64,000 nucleotides of DNA from Eledone cirrhosa (taxonomy: Eukaryota), in assembly GCA_964016885.1 (NCBI GenBank), contig OZ024740.1:248186001-248250000 (forward strand), in the 5' to 3' direction. The translations under genes were made by a program, and so were the position numbers. The number at the start of each line of letters is the position of its first letter. Within the stretch, counting starts at the first letter, position 1. The notes beneath the pieces are model-generated. The model was given only the letters and a program-made list of their open reading frames with translations. It ran no database searches and was not told where the DNA came from. Shown here piece by piece: positions 27,019-39,550 of this stretch.

Positions 27019-29385
27019 GGGCGGTGGTTTGGCAGTATCGGTAGAGGGTCAGACACCATGCTTTGCAGCATAGAGTTACGGTCCTTTATCGTCTGAGTTC
27101 AAATCCCGCCGAGGTTAACTTTGCCTTTCATCCTTATGGGGTCGATAAAATAAAGTACCAGTAATGTACTAGGTAATTGCTGGCCTTGTGCCTAAAGTAG
27201 AAACAATTATTATAAGTATTATTATTTAGTTTACCCTTCATCCATCAGTGGTTCATAAAATAAGTACCAATCACACAGGAGTCAACAATTTCTCACTGAA
27301 AGGCACAGCTAACCATGGCAGGATTTGAACTTGAAATGTAAAGGGTCGTAACTCTATGCCACATAATAATAATGGTTTCTATATTTTCATTGAGGTAGTT
27401 ATGTGCTGTTTGACAAAGTATTGCCCTAAATACTTAAGAGTATCTAGTCAGGACTCTTTATGTTCTGTGTTGAAACTGTGCTTGGGTTGAATAAATTCCA
27501 GCCATGCAGAAGGTGGTTTGAGTTGGGTGGGATGGGGAATTGATTTAATCATCCATATTTGTCCACCTCCAAAATTTGAGGCTTTGTGTTTATGATGGAA
27601 TAGAAATAATTGTCCGGTGAATTGACAGTATCGGTAGAGGGTCGGATGCCATGCTTTCCAGTATAGAGTTACGCCCCTTTATGGTCTGAGTTCAAATCCC
27701 GGCGAGGTTAACTTTGCTTTTCATCCTTACAGGGTTGATAAAATAAAGTACCAGTAATGCACTGGGATAATTGCTGGCCTTGTGTCAAAAGTAGAAACAA
27801 TTATTATTATTATATAAGGGATTGGCAGTATAGGTAGAGCGTCAGACACCATTCTTTGCAGCATAGTGTTATGACCCTTTACGGTCTGAATTCAAATCCC
27901 GCCGCGGTTAACTTAGCTTTTCATCCTTACGGGGTCGATAAAATAAAGCACCAGTAATGCACTGAGGTAATTGCTGGCCTTGTGTCAAAAGTAGAAACAA
28001 TTATTATATAAAAGTACAGTATTTAGTTACAACGTTCTCTACATTCTGAGTTCAAATCCCGCCAAGGTCAACTTTGCCTTTTATCCTTATGGAGTTGCTA
28101 AAATATAATACTCCTCAAAATTTTTGGCCTGATGATTAAATTAGAGATAATTATTCGGTGGATTGGCAGTATCGGTAGAGGATTGGATGCCATGCTTTGC
28201 AGCACAGTTACGTCCCTTTATGGACTGAGTTCAAATCCCGCCGAGGTTAACTTTGCCTTTCATCCTTACGGGGTCGATAAAATAAAGTACCAGTAATACA
28301 TTGGGATAATTGCTGGCCTTGTGCCAAACGTAGAAACAATTATTATTATAAATGGGTGGGTGAGTGGCAGAACTTCCAATGTGCCAGATTAAATGCTTTG
28401 AGGTGTTTACAACTTTTTATAGTGCCACGGGGCTGGTCTATGTTATAGTTTCATAGTAGATAGTACCAATCAAATACTAAGATATTGATCTGTTTTCTTA
28501 ATCCCTTCCCAGATTTCTGGCCTTGTACCTAAATTAGAAATTTATCATTATTATTATTATTATAATCATTATCATTTGGGTGGTGGATTGGCAAAATTGG
28601 TAGAGCATTGGATAAAATGCTATTACAATATTTGTTTTGGCTGTTTACATTGTGTTCGAATCTTGTTGAGGTCAACTTTGTCTTTCATCCTTCCATGGTC
28701 GATAAAAATAAAATACTAGTCAAGTATTAGAGTTGATTTTTTTAAACTTTGCCCTTTCATCAAATTGTTGGTCTTGTGCCAATGTCAGAAAGAATTATTA
28801 TTATTATTGGCAGTATCGGTAGAGGGTCAGACGCCATGCTTTGCAGCAAAGCATTTATGGTCTGAGTTCAAATCCCGCCGAGGTTAACTTTGCTTTTCAT
28901 CCAATAAAATAAAGTACCAGTAATACACTGGAATAATTGCTGGCCTTGTGCCAAAAGTAGAAACAATTATTATTATTATTATTATTATTAGGGCGGCGGA
29001 TTAGCAGAATTGGTACAGTGTCAGACATGCTTAGTGGCATAGATTTACGGTCCTTTGCGTTCTGAGTTCAAATCCTGTCGAGCTTAGCTTTGCCTTTCAT
29101 CCTTACGGGGTCGATAAAATAAAGTACCAGTAATACACGGGTCGATTTAATTGACTTACCCCAAAATTGTTGGCTTTGTGCCTAAATCAGAATCCATTAT
29201 TATTGTTAGAGTGGTGGATTGGCAGAATCATTAAAGTGTTCGACAAAATGCTTTACAGTAATTAGTAAACCCACCAGTCAACCTTTCCTTTTGTCCTTCC
29301 GGGATTGATAAAATAAGTACCAGTCATGTACTAGAGTTGATATAATCAAATTTCTGGCCTTATGCCTAATTAGAAACACTTATTC
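27019..29385 (+). mobile_element. Head-to-tail array of ~12 tRNA-derived SINE units
   Basis: ~190-210-bp units start near 27019, 27390, 27615, 27818, 28010, 28156, 28353, 28578, 28807, 28990 and 29209. Each has an A box, a GAGTTCAAATCC B box, the central domain and an (ATT)n tail; some are partial. One inverted partial copy lies at ~27299-27380. Confidence 0.9.
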
Positions 29386-29552
29386 ATTGCTTGTTTTGTT
29401 GTTTAAATAAGGCTAATTATGATTTAAAGACCTAATTAAAAAGAATCTGACCAATCAGATCTTTTATTTATGTCAACCAATAGGATGGCTTAATTGGTAG
29501 CTACTGAACTAATCAATTAACAAAGCAGTGTGTCAATTACCACTATAGTAAT

Positions 29553-30740
29553 ATACTAGCAGAATGGCCCGGCGTTGCTTGGGATTCTAAACATAGATTG
29601 TCATGTTTATCCCTCCTTTCTGAAACAGTACAGAGAAGTACGGAATACCTTGGCCTCCGGATGGTGTCTACATTTTGTGCTTATAAAAAAAGATTTGTCG
29701 TACATTACCAGGGGTTTAACTTAATTGGGTGGCAATGAATGGAAAATAGCGAAGATAATACGTCAGCAATGAGAACAATATTTGCTCTAGGGTTCTTATA
29801 TACTTGATATATATTTATCCTTATCAAGCCTCGTGAAATAAATACGTTTGTTTATATTTTGTTATTGTGTATGCAAAAATATCTGTACACGAATATATAA
29901 TTATATATATATATATATATTAAAATAACAGATTAAAGTTTAAGCAAAGAATTGCTGCTTTCACCCTTAACGGGATCTTCTGAAACTAAAAAAATCAATC
30001 TGTGAACGCAGAAGTAAATATTTCGAAAAACGTTACTATATATATATATATACACACATGAAGGCACATGGCTTAGTGGTTAGAGCATTGGGCTTGCAAT
30101 CGAAAGGTTGTGAATTCAATTCTCAGACCGGGTGATGTGTTGTTTCCTTGAGCAAGACACTTTATTTCACATTGCTCCAGTTCACTCAGCTGTAGAAATG
30201 AGATGATAGGGACTGGGGTCCCTATCATTCCACTGCAAAGTGGTCATGGACGTGCCACGGCAAAAAAGCACCCAGCCCACTGTAAAGTGGACGTGTTGGC
30301 GCCACAGAAAAAAAGCACCCAGCACTCACTGTAAATGAGGTTGGTGTTAGGAACGGCATCCAGCTGTAGAAATCAAGCCAGAATCAGTTCCCGTCCCACC
30401 CTTGCAAGCAGGGAAAAGCGGACGTAAAATGAAATGAAATGATGAAATGACACACTATATATACATATATACACACACACAGAGATAGTGTCATAATGTC
30501 GTAATACAGACAGATATAAGGGCGCGACGTTATATCTATGTATCTATCTAAAAAGACAGAGAGAGATCGTTACCGGTGCCTAATGCGGTCCCTAGGGCAT
30601 TGAAAATTTGAAATATTTTTTGCTCAAAACACTCACAAGACCATAAGTATTACACGTGTAAAGTTTGAAAAAAATCGGTTGGGTGGTTCTCGAGATTTAG
30701 GGAGTCAGACAGACATTCTCTGTTTTAGCTTGCTAAAGAT
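29553..30740 (+). mobile_element. Non-autonomous Helitron/Helentron-like element with nested inserts
   Basis: Starts atactagcagaatggcccggcgttgcttggg. Ends with aaagtttgaaaaaaatcggttgggtggttctcgag...cagacagaca, a typical DINE/HINE-like style. Classification is inference. Confidence 0.55.
30061..30450 (+). mobile_element. tRNA-derived SINE with an RTE-LINE-derived 3' tail
   Basis: A box tggcttagtgg, B-box-like gaattcaattc, and central ccttgagcaagacactttatttcac domain. Then 30230-30450, homologous to the RTE 3' UTR. Confidence 0.88.
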
Positions 30741-32341
30741 ATAATTATAAAAGCTAATAGAATTAATTGTTTTTGAATTTATTTTTTCTCTTGGAAACCT
30801 TTCTGAAGTTTTTCCAAATCCCTTGGTCTTTATGCTTCTCACTCTCCCACATCTATTTCAGCAAGCAGTTTTAGGTTCTTAACCTTTTTTGCTCCATGAT
30901 CTACCTCTAAAACATTGATCCTTTCTCCTTCAATATATAAAAATAATATGTAAAATTTAGGTGTGACCCTTCCGATATTTAAATTGAACCTACCTCCATG
31001 TGGAGCATAAGCCATGCATTCTGAATCTCTGTTTTAAATGATATCTTTTACTTTACAGTTCAAAATAGAAAGTTTTCTAGAGAGAAAGAAAGTGTAATTT
31101 AGTGCACATGTGCAGAAAATATGTGCAAAGGAATTGCAAGATGCCCCATGTTCAGAATCACTTATCTATACCTTTTATATTTTCGTTGACCATCTCAGTA
31201 TTCTGTTGATTTCTCTATTTTAAAACACAATCCATTCTTTACTAAACAACATTTTCTATCTTCATCATTTTGGGGGCACTGTCTTTTTTTAAAAACTTTT
31301 CCTAAGCTTAACGACATCAATATAAGCAACTTTTCTCCCATAATTAATCTTAACACATTGTTGCCTCATTTATTTACATGTTCAAAGCTATTTCTTGTTT
31401 TTAAAAAAATTAAGAAAAAGAAGGCTTACCCCTCACCCAACTTTTTTTTTACTGGAGTATTTTTTCATATGAAGCTTAAATTATTTGCTGTGGTGTTTTG
31501 TTGCTATAATTTTTTAAATTTTCAAAAGAAAAAGAAAATAATTAAAAAAGATGATGATTAACAAGGAAGAGAAAAAAAGGCCCTGTCTGCTTTTACAAAT
31601 TGCAGGCATTTTGCTAGGATCTGAAGAATTAGGCACATCAATTATTGCACTTTTCTTTCTATCTTTTTATCTATCTCTTGCTTGCTTTCATGTTCATCTT
31701 TTTTTCTCCTGGTTTGGTTATTTTCAGTTGAAAAATTGAGGTTCTAAAAGATTTTCTGCAGCACATTGGTGTTGTTTGTGTCACCAGAGTTGTTAACTTT
31801 GCTAGTTGGCAGGCTGCAATGGTGTCACCTTGTGAGGGTTATTTACCCCCTCTCTTGCTCCAGTCCCTATCTACTTTTGTCTGTGTACATTGAGCTCAGC
31901 TCTTTCCTCTCCAGATGCTGTTAGTTTCTATGTAGATAACTACATAAGCTCGGTGTCCAAGGTCTGTATATTTTTTATTTTTATATTCGGTACTTGTGAA
32001 TAAAATCTCAAATTTTAAATTGTTCATGCTTTCAGAGAGTTTTGATTGAAAAGAACTTTCTTTCACATGGCACCAATGGAACATTGATTACCAAGAATTG
32101 CAAACAATATGGGAATTGTAAAATCTGGTTTCTCTGTGCCTGAGTGATTCCTTGAGCTGTGATTGCTTGAGATAAAAGCTATACTTCTGTTGAGGACTTC
32201 AATGCTTTTCTCATTTTTAAGTCTTCTTTGTTACTTGCTGCTGCTTGACAAAAACAAAACCAAAATGTGCCTTCTCAAAACTTTTAACTGTGTTTTTCAA
32301 CTGTTGTTTTAATTATTATTATTATTATTATTATTATTATT

Positions 32342-32543
32342 GCGGTGGATTGGCAGTATCGGTAGAGGGTCAGACGCCATGCTTTGACGCATAGAGTTAC
32401 GGCCCTTGCCATTCTGAGTTCAAATCCCGCCGAGGTTAACTTTGCCTTTCATCCTTACAGGGTCGATAAAATAAAGTACCAGTAATACACTGGGTAATTG
32501 CTGGCCTTGTGCCAAAAGTAGAAACAATTATTATTATTATTAT
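32342..32543 (+). mobile_element. Solitary young SINE copy flanked by (ATT)n on both sides
   Basis: Nearly identical to the array units at 27019 and 28156. Confidence 0.9.
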
Positions 32544-33091
32544 TTGTAACTTCCTTTGACTTCTGCTTCTCCCCTTTTTTTTTTTTGCTTTTATATAATG
32601 AAGGTGTGGCTTCCTTCCTTATATATGTTTCAATCATTACTTAGATACTATCCAGGTATCTGTCCAGCAATTCTGGGATAACAAGGCTGCAACCTGTATT
32701 TAATTCCTTAATTGGTGTTAAAATCATGACCTTTCTAATTAATATGCTGTTTCTTTTCCCAATTTTAACAGCTAATCACTAGCTTTTGTATTTCGCTGCT
32801 GTTTTATATCTGTTTTCCATGTTAACATAGGTTTGATGGAATTTTTACTCTATTTGTTTGAACATATGATAATTTGGGGGATCTGTTGTAAGTCAACTTA
32901 AATGAGGCAGTTAAATATGGGTAGTTCAGTAATTTAACACCTCACACCCATTATGCCTTCCCTCAATTACATATCTACTCTCAAGAGAATATATATGTGT
33001 GTGTGTGTATATATATATAGGAAAAAGTATGACCCCGACGGCAGAGCTCAAGCCGTTTTGACGGCTATTTCTGGACTATAGTGAGAAAATG

Positions 33092-35750
33092 TATCATCAT
33101 CATCAATGTTTTATGTCCACTTTTGCATGCGTTTGATGGGTCTTTTCCAGCACAGCATCCCCTCACTCTTTGCAGTTCATTATAATCTCTTCAGTCACCT
33201 TCAGTGATTTGAGATTAGTTCTCACAACCTCTGGCCAGGTCTTCCTTGGTCACCCTCTTCTGCTGGGTCTTTTTGGCACTTCATCTAATGATCATCATAC
33301 CAGTGCAGTCTTCTCTCTTGCACACTACATTTGATTCTCTAATACTCAGCTTTTGTTGCTCACACACACATTAACATTGCACATCCATCAGAGCATGCTT
33401 GCTTCATTTCTCTTTAATCTTTGCGTATCCTTTGCATTCATTGCCCATGTTACACTGCTATGCAACATTGCACATCATACACAAGTACACAGTCAGCATT
33501 TTGTTCTTAGATTGAAATCCATTGTTGTCAACAGAGATAGTGACTCCCAAACTTTTTTCCTCCTGCTCTTATCCTAACTTGTTCTCAGTGCAACATCCTC
33601 AACTGCTAATTAGATAACCTAAGTACCAGCTATTATCCACGTCTATGGATCCTTCTTGGGATGGGAAAAAGTTAATTTCACTATTACTCTTACTACTACC
33701 TAACCTATGTATCTGGCACATAAGAAGTTTACTTTTTCTGTTAGTTTGCCTGCTATCCCACTACACCTTGTGTTCCTAAGATTTGTATTGTGTACACTGT
33801 ATATCATCTTTATCAACTCATTTTCTACATACCAAAACTTTGGTTTTACTCAAGGTTATTCTCCTTTGTTTCTCAGTTCTGTTTCCAAAGCCAGAATTTT
33901 TTCTCTAACTCTTTCACAGACTATAACAACCAGTTTATTGGTATATAGAAGTTCCCATGGACAACTTGTTATGACATAGAGAACTATAATAAACAGAGCT
34001 GGGCTGGGGACAGCCTGGATGAACACTTACCTGCACATTGGATTCCTCATAAAACCCATTACCTACTCTCACTTCACTGATAGCTTTGTAAGCTATCAGT
34101 GAAGTGAGAGTAGGTAAATAGTTTCCTTAAGTGCCACCATATGGTACTCTATCAAAGGCCTTCTCCAGATCAATGAAAGCTATATTAGTGACTTACACTT
34201 AGGTAGGAACTTCTATTGTAGTTGTCTCACTAAGATAACATCTATGGAGCTCCTCCTTGGTACAAAACCAAACTGCATCTCATCTAATTTGACTCTTTCC
34301 CTAATTAGTTGTGCTAAAATTCATTTTAAGAATTTGGTCCAGTTTTATGCTTTTGTAGTTACTCCTTTCTAGCACATAGTCATTTCCTTTGTATATTGAG
34401 TATACTGCTTGCCAATCATTGGATATAGCCTCATCATGTATGACCTAATTAATTATACAGGTCACTAGTTTGATACCTGCATCCCCAAAAGATTTCAGTA
34501 TCTCTGCAACTATCTTGGATAGACTAGTGGCTTTACCATTTTTCATCTCCCTGATTTCTTTTTTGATCCCTCTGTTGGGTCAGCTGGCAGTTGTCTCTCC
34601 TCCTCCACATTCATCAGCCTTTCATAGTAGCTTTTTTGAGCGTCAGTGATGCTAAGTACACCAGTGTCATGTTAAGCACACTTTTTCTGAACAATGTCTG
34701 GGTTTTCACTGCACACTGCTTTGTGATCTGATCTTCATGTCACAAGACATTAGTGAAGACATAGTAAACCTCTTTATTTCAGTTTCTTTGCATGCTATGT
34801 ATTCCTATTGTCTTGCTTTTCTTTTAGCTTCATGGTACTGATCTTTGCCTGCATTTTCCCAGTCTTTCTATGATGTCTCATCATTTTTTTTTACCTCTAT
34901 CCACAGTTCCACCAGCAGGTCACTACTAGTAGGTTTTCTCATAGAAACATCCTATGTTCTCTGTCATATGTATGTAACTCTCCCTCCCAGTTGTCATATA
35001 TTTCAAATAGAGCTTTCTTGAACATATATTTAACAGAGAGATTATTTAACTTTGATACTCTCCTTCTCCAGATTTTCCTACATTTCTTGTTCTGTCTTGT
35101 GCTAATTCTGATGTCACTAATAACTACCTTATGTTGTGGAGTGCATTCTTCATAACCATCTGCCTATCCCATTGTCTAACAAGTAAAAGCTCAATCTGGA
35201 TTGTGTTTGCCTGATTGGTAGGTGATGAAGCAGTTGGCTGATTTTCTGAAGTTAGTGTTGCAAATAGTTAGTTCATTTGCATCATAGAATTCTAGGAGCT
35301 TCATTCCCTCTTCAGTGTAGCCACCCTGCTGCTGTCGAACATGTCCATTGATCGCTAGCTAGGTTGATGAAGTCTCTGTCATCTCTAACTGAAGTTGTGT
35401 ATAGAAACTCCTTTTGTTCTTTATTGTAGTGGTGCATTTGTAGAGATAACTGTTGTCATTCTATTGCCGATGAATATCCTGAACTTGATAATTCTATTTC
35501 TTATTCTACCTCAATTACCTTATCTATTCACTTCTCAGCTAATAGACTACCCACTCCACTTACTCCATCTTCATTTCTTCCTCAGAAAAGCTTATATTTA
35601 TGTTGTTGGCCTGTGAGTAGTCTTGCTGAAGTACCTCTTCTCTCTCATCTCTTGTACACACCCACACATCTCTTGCGCATCTCAACACTTCCCCCAGATC
35701 TACCTTTCAGTGTATTCCATAAGAGTGGCAGTCCTGAAATGTGTTACCTC
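33092..35750 (-). mobile_element. Heavily decayed, near full-length RTE LINE
   Basis: Tail tcatcatcatcaatgttttatgtccac at 33092. Minus-strand remnants of RT (MQFGFVPRRS, DLEKAFDRVP, PWELLY) and APE (NTNFRK, TLKGRSG). Confidence 0.85.
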
Positions 35751-36235
35751 ATAGTAGTAATATGGTCATCCTTTGGTAGTGGTTGTGCAGTTTCTTGTTG
35801 ATAATCGTGGGGGTTTTACACATGGCTAGATTAGCCACCCCACTACCATGACTACTGTTAATCCTGTATATGTATGCAATTAGTGTTAACGTTATGCTTT
35901 TCATAGATTTTGGCAGAGTTTTTCACATATTGCTGTTATTAAAATACAAAAAGAGGAATGAGAGAGAAAAAGAAAAGAGCAAAAGCTTATCTTCAACTTT
36001 GTCTTTTGGGGTGCCATGAAATACACCAATATAGAATATTATATTTGGGGTGAAAGTTAATGGACATATAACGAGCTAGAGAGAGGGAGAGATAGACAAA
36101 GATAATAGGTTGCAGAGACGTAAATATACACATATAGACATGCCCTGGCATACACATGCATATGCCTCACCTAATTTATCTATATGTATATATAATAAAC
36201 AAGAAAGACTGTTTTATTCGTACATCCCTATTTAT

Positions 36236-36305
36236 TTTGTTATACATATTTCAAAGACATAAGGCAGTTGTATAACAACTTCCTTATGTGTTCTCTTCAG
36301 ACAAA
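36236..36305 (-). ncRNA. Type I hammerhead ribozyme motif with long stem II
   Basis: Minus strand: UUUGU CUGAAGA gaac-acauaaggaaguug-uuaua-caacugccuuaugu-cuuu GAAA UAUGUAU A ACAAA. Confidence 0.7.
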
Positions 36306-38821
36306 TATCTAAACGAGATCTAAAGTTCCATTGATATATTACCAGTCATACGTGTTACTCGCCGACCAGTAAGCATATGTCCGAATTTCTCAAGTAGCAG
36401 TTCTTATATGTGCAGAAGATAGTTGTTCCAACTGGTGTTGTTGATTGTAAACTGGCTAGCGTATCAAGTTACCAGATTGGTCGTCTGGTTCGTAGTAAGG
36501 TATGTAGGAACTGTTAGTTTATTTTTTTTTTTAATATATATTCACTGAACTAGAAAACAAAAAAAAATAGGACTAAATTTATACAAATGGACATAACTAG
36601 CTACGACTCATCAATTTCACCAATACTACACAATAGGGCCCTTATATATACAATGAAGTATACGAATCTTACTCGTGAGGAAGTTAACATTATTCTAACA
36701 GCCAGAAAAACTATAATAGAATTCAACGAGGAATTATGGACTCGGGCGGACAGACCAGAAAACTTTGACATCACTATGGCATCTACAGACTCAGCTCAGG
36801 TTATGGACCTGTGGGATTTTACATCTTACACATAATTAAAAGGATGACGGAACTGGCCGGAGGTTTGTACCGCGATGATGCTCTTTTCACTTTAATTAAC
36901 CATAACAACACTGCCCTAAGTGGGAAAAAGAAAATAATAATAGGCTTTTTGATCAATTACGGTCTAGAAATAGGAAATAACAATAGAATAGTCAACTTCC
37001 TCAACATAACACTAAACCTTAATTCTAGCCTATACACCCATACCACAAATTAAATTAAAACCGCAACTACGTTAGCTACTTCTCAAACCACCATAGAAAT
37101 GTTTAAAAAGCCATAGTGAAAAGTGTAGAACAGAATCTTTAGACGCTCAGCAAATAGGGAAATCTTCGATAGCAAGGCCAGTTACTACAATAATACATTG
37201 GCTAGAGCTGGATACCACGATAAAATACAATACATACAAAAAGATAGAAACAATTACACACCCACACATAGACCCAAACAAACCATAGATATAAACACTA
37301 ACATACACACAACGGTAATGGAGATAATAGAGGTACTAGAACCCAAAACAATAGAGACGGGACAAACCCAGCTCCAAATAGATATAACTCAAATACCACC
37401 ATAAAGTTACATAAGAGAGTTGATCCCGCTCCGTGGTACAATCTACCCACTCCTTAAGAATACAAAAAAACATAGCTAGGCTTTTTTTAAACACATTAGA
37501 TAAATGTTTTCCTAAATCACATAAATACAGTCAAATATTTAATCAACACAATTAAACTTTCTTACTCGACAACCAAAAGTATAGCCCGGAATATAGCGAA
37601 AAATAACAATAGAAATCTGGGAATTAAAAATAAGGAGATAACTCACAATAGCAAGCATATAAACACTGATAGAATAAACAGCAACTCGAATAACAGGGAT
37701 AACACCATTGACACAAATGAGACAAACCAACGGACACAGGGAGGGAGCAATGAATGGTAACGTAAATAATTACAATTGCAGAAATCGTAATAGTTAATAA
37801 CTATAGCCCAATAAAAAATAACTGTTTAGAGAAAAATATTGTTTATGAATGTGAAGCAAAAACGAGTAGTAAGACTTATAGAAATATTGTTGCAACTTCT
37901 ACTAGATTTAAGGAAAAGTGGTACAACCATCACCACTCATTTAAAAGAACTGATAAAAGATCTAGCACGGGCCTGTCGGAACTGATTTGGTCGCTAAAAA
38001 ATAAACGAGTGGAATACTCCCTTTCTTGGTCAAAACTCTCACATGCTTTTCTATATATAAATAGATGTATATCTAGGGGGTGTTACCTCTGTACTACAGA
38101 GACTTTACACATCATGAATAGTAGACATAAAATTATTAACAAACGCTCTGAAACTTTTAATTCTTGTTTACACAAAATTAATAAGACATTCCGTAGAGTG
38201 TATAGTTAAAACTTCAGTAAATAATATTAAATAGATCACCAAATAATTAATTAACCATTCATAAATATATAGATACATTATAACATCAGCATCAAAGCAC
38301 AAATATCTAAAATTAAAATTAATATCTGAGTGAATAAAATCTAGTCCAGAAATAAAAGTATATAGGAATATATACAAATAAATTATCGAGAATCGGAACC
38401 TCGGCCCACGAAACAACGAAACACAATCTTCGAAATGTGTGGCAAAGTGCTCAATAGTTTGGATAAACCAGAGCTATAACTAACGTTTAAATACCAACAC
38501 ACTGAGACGATGCTTAAACAATCATTCGCACAGCCGAAAATACGACCAAGAAAATTCGGGTCAGACAAATAAAAATATATATATATATATATAAAATTAA
38601 AAAGATAGACTAACTGTTCATACATGCTTTACTACGAACCAGACGACCAAACTGGTAACTTGATACGATAGCCAGTTCACAATCAACAACGCCCATTGGA
38701 ATATCTATTTCCCACACATATAAGATCTGGTACTTGAAAGTTTCGGACATATGCTTACTGGTCGGCGAATAACACGCATGACCGGTAACATATCAAGGTA
38801 ACTTTACATCTCGTTTAGATA

Positions 38822-38891
38822 TTTGTCTGAAGAGAACACGTAGGGCAGTTGTTATACAACTGCCTTACGTCTTTTAAATACGTATAACAAA
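38822..38891 (+). ncRNA. Type I hammerhead ribozyme motif with long stem II (GAAA mutated to UAAA)
   Basis: tttgt CTGAAGA gaac acgtagggcagttg ttata caactgccttacgt cttt taaa tacgtat a acaaa. Confidence 0.6.
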
Positions 38892-39010
38892 ATAAATAGG
38901 GATGTACGAATAAAAGTCTTTCTTGTTTATTATACTAAAACTTTGGATGAATAAAAATCGTGGAGTGCTTCACATCTGTTAAGAAAAAGTCGGCAGATTT
39001 TATGTTAGTG

Positions 39011-39315
<305 letters not shown>

Positions 39316-39507
39316 CGTTTCTGAATTTGTTTAGCAAGATTCTTTATCTGAAATCGTGTGTTGAAACCGATATTGTTATACTTTGGGAGGGTCATGTTGC
39401 CAATAAGAAACACACGCACCAGTTGCTTTCACTTCAATTTATTATAATAAATTTATAAATTTATGGTTGGTTGGTTGGTTCCACAACCAGATAGTTGTTT
39501 ATATATT

Positions 39508-39550
39508 GTCATAGTTCTTTCGTCACACACTCTGTGACCTCTTCAGTGAC
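39508..39550 (-). ncRNA. Minimal type I hammerhead ribozyme motif
   Basis: Exact reverse complement of 41225-41267. Confidence 0.7.

Larger units (their letters stand above)
36191..38933 (+). mobile_element. Decayed Penelope-like element (YRDD type, Naiad-like) with an inverted 5' copy of its 3' pLTR
   Basis: RT remnants FIQMDITSY, FDITMASTDSAQVMDL and GGLYRDDA, plus a GIY-YIG remnant NIVYECE near 37835. 36191-36540 is the reverse complement of ~38585-38933, with moderate divergence. Confidence 0.88.

Noticed and set aside
27019-29385. CRISPR-like repeat-spacer array
   Set aside because: The units are ~200-bp SINEs with Pol III boxes, there are no unique spacers or cas genes, and the DNA is eukaryotic.
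30061-30135. tRNA gene
   Set aside because: A/B boxes are present, but the sequence continues into a SINE body and LINE tail with no clean cloverleaf or oligo-T terminator.
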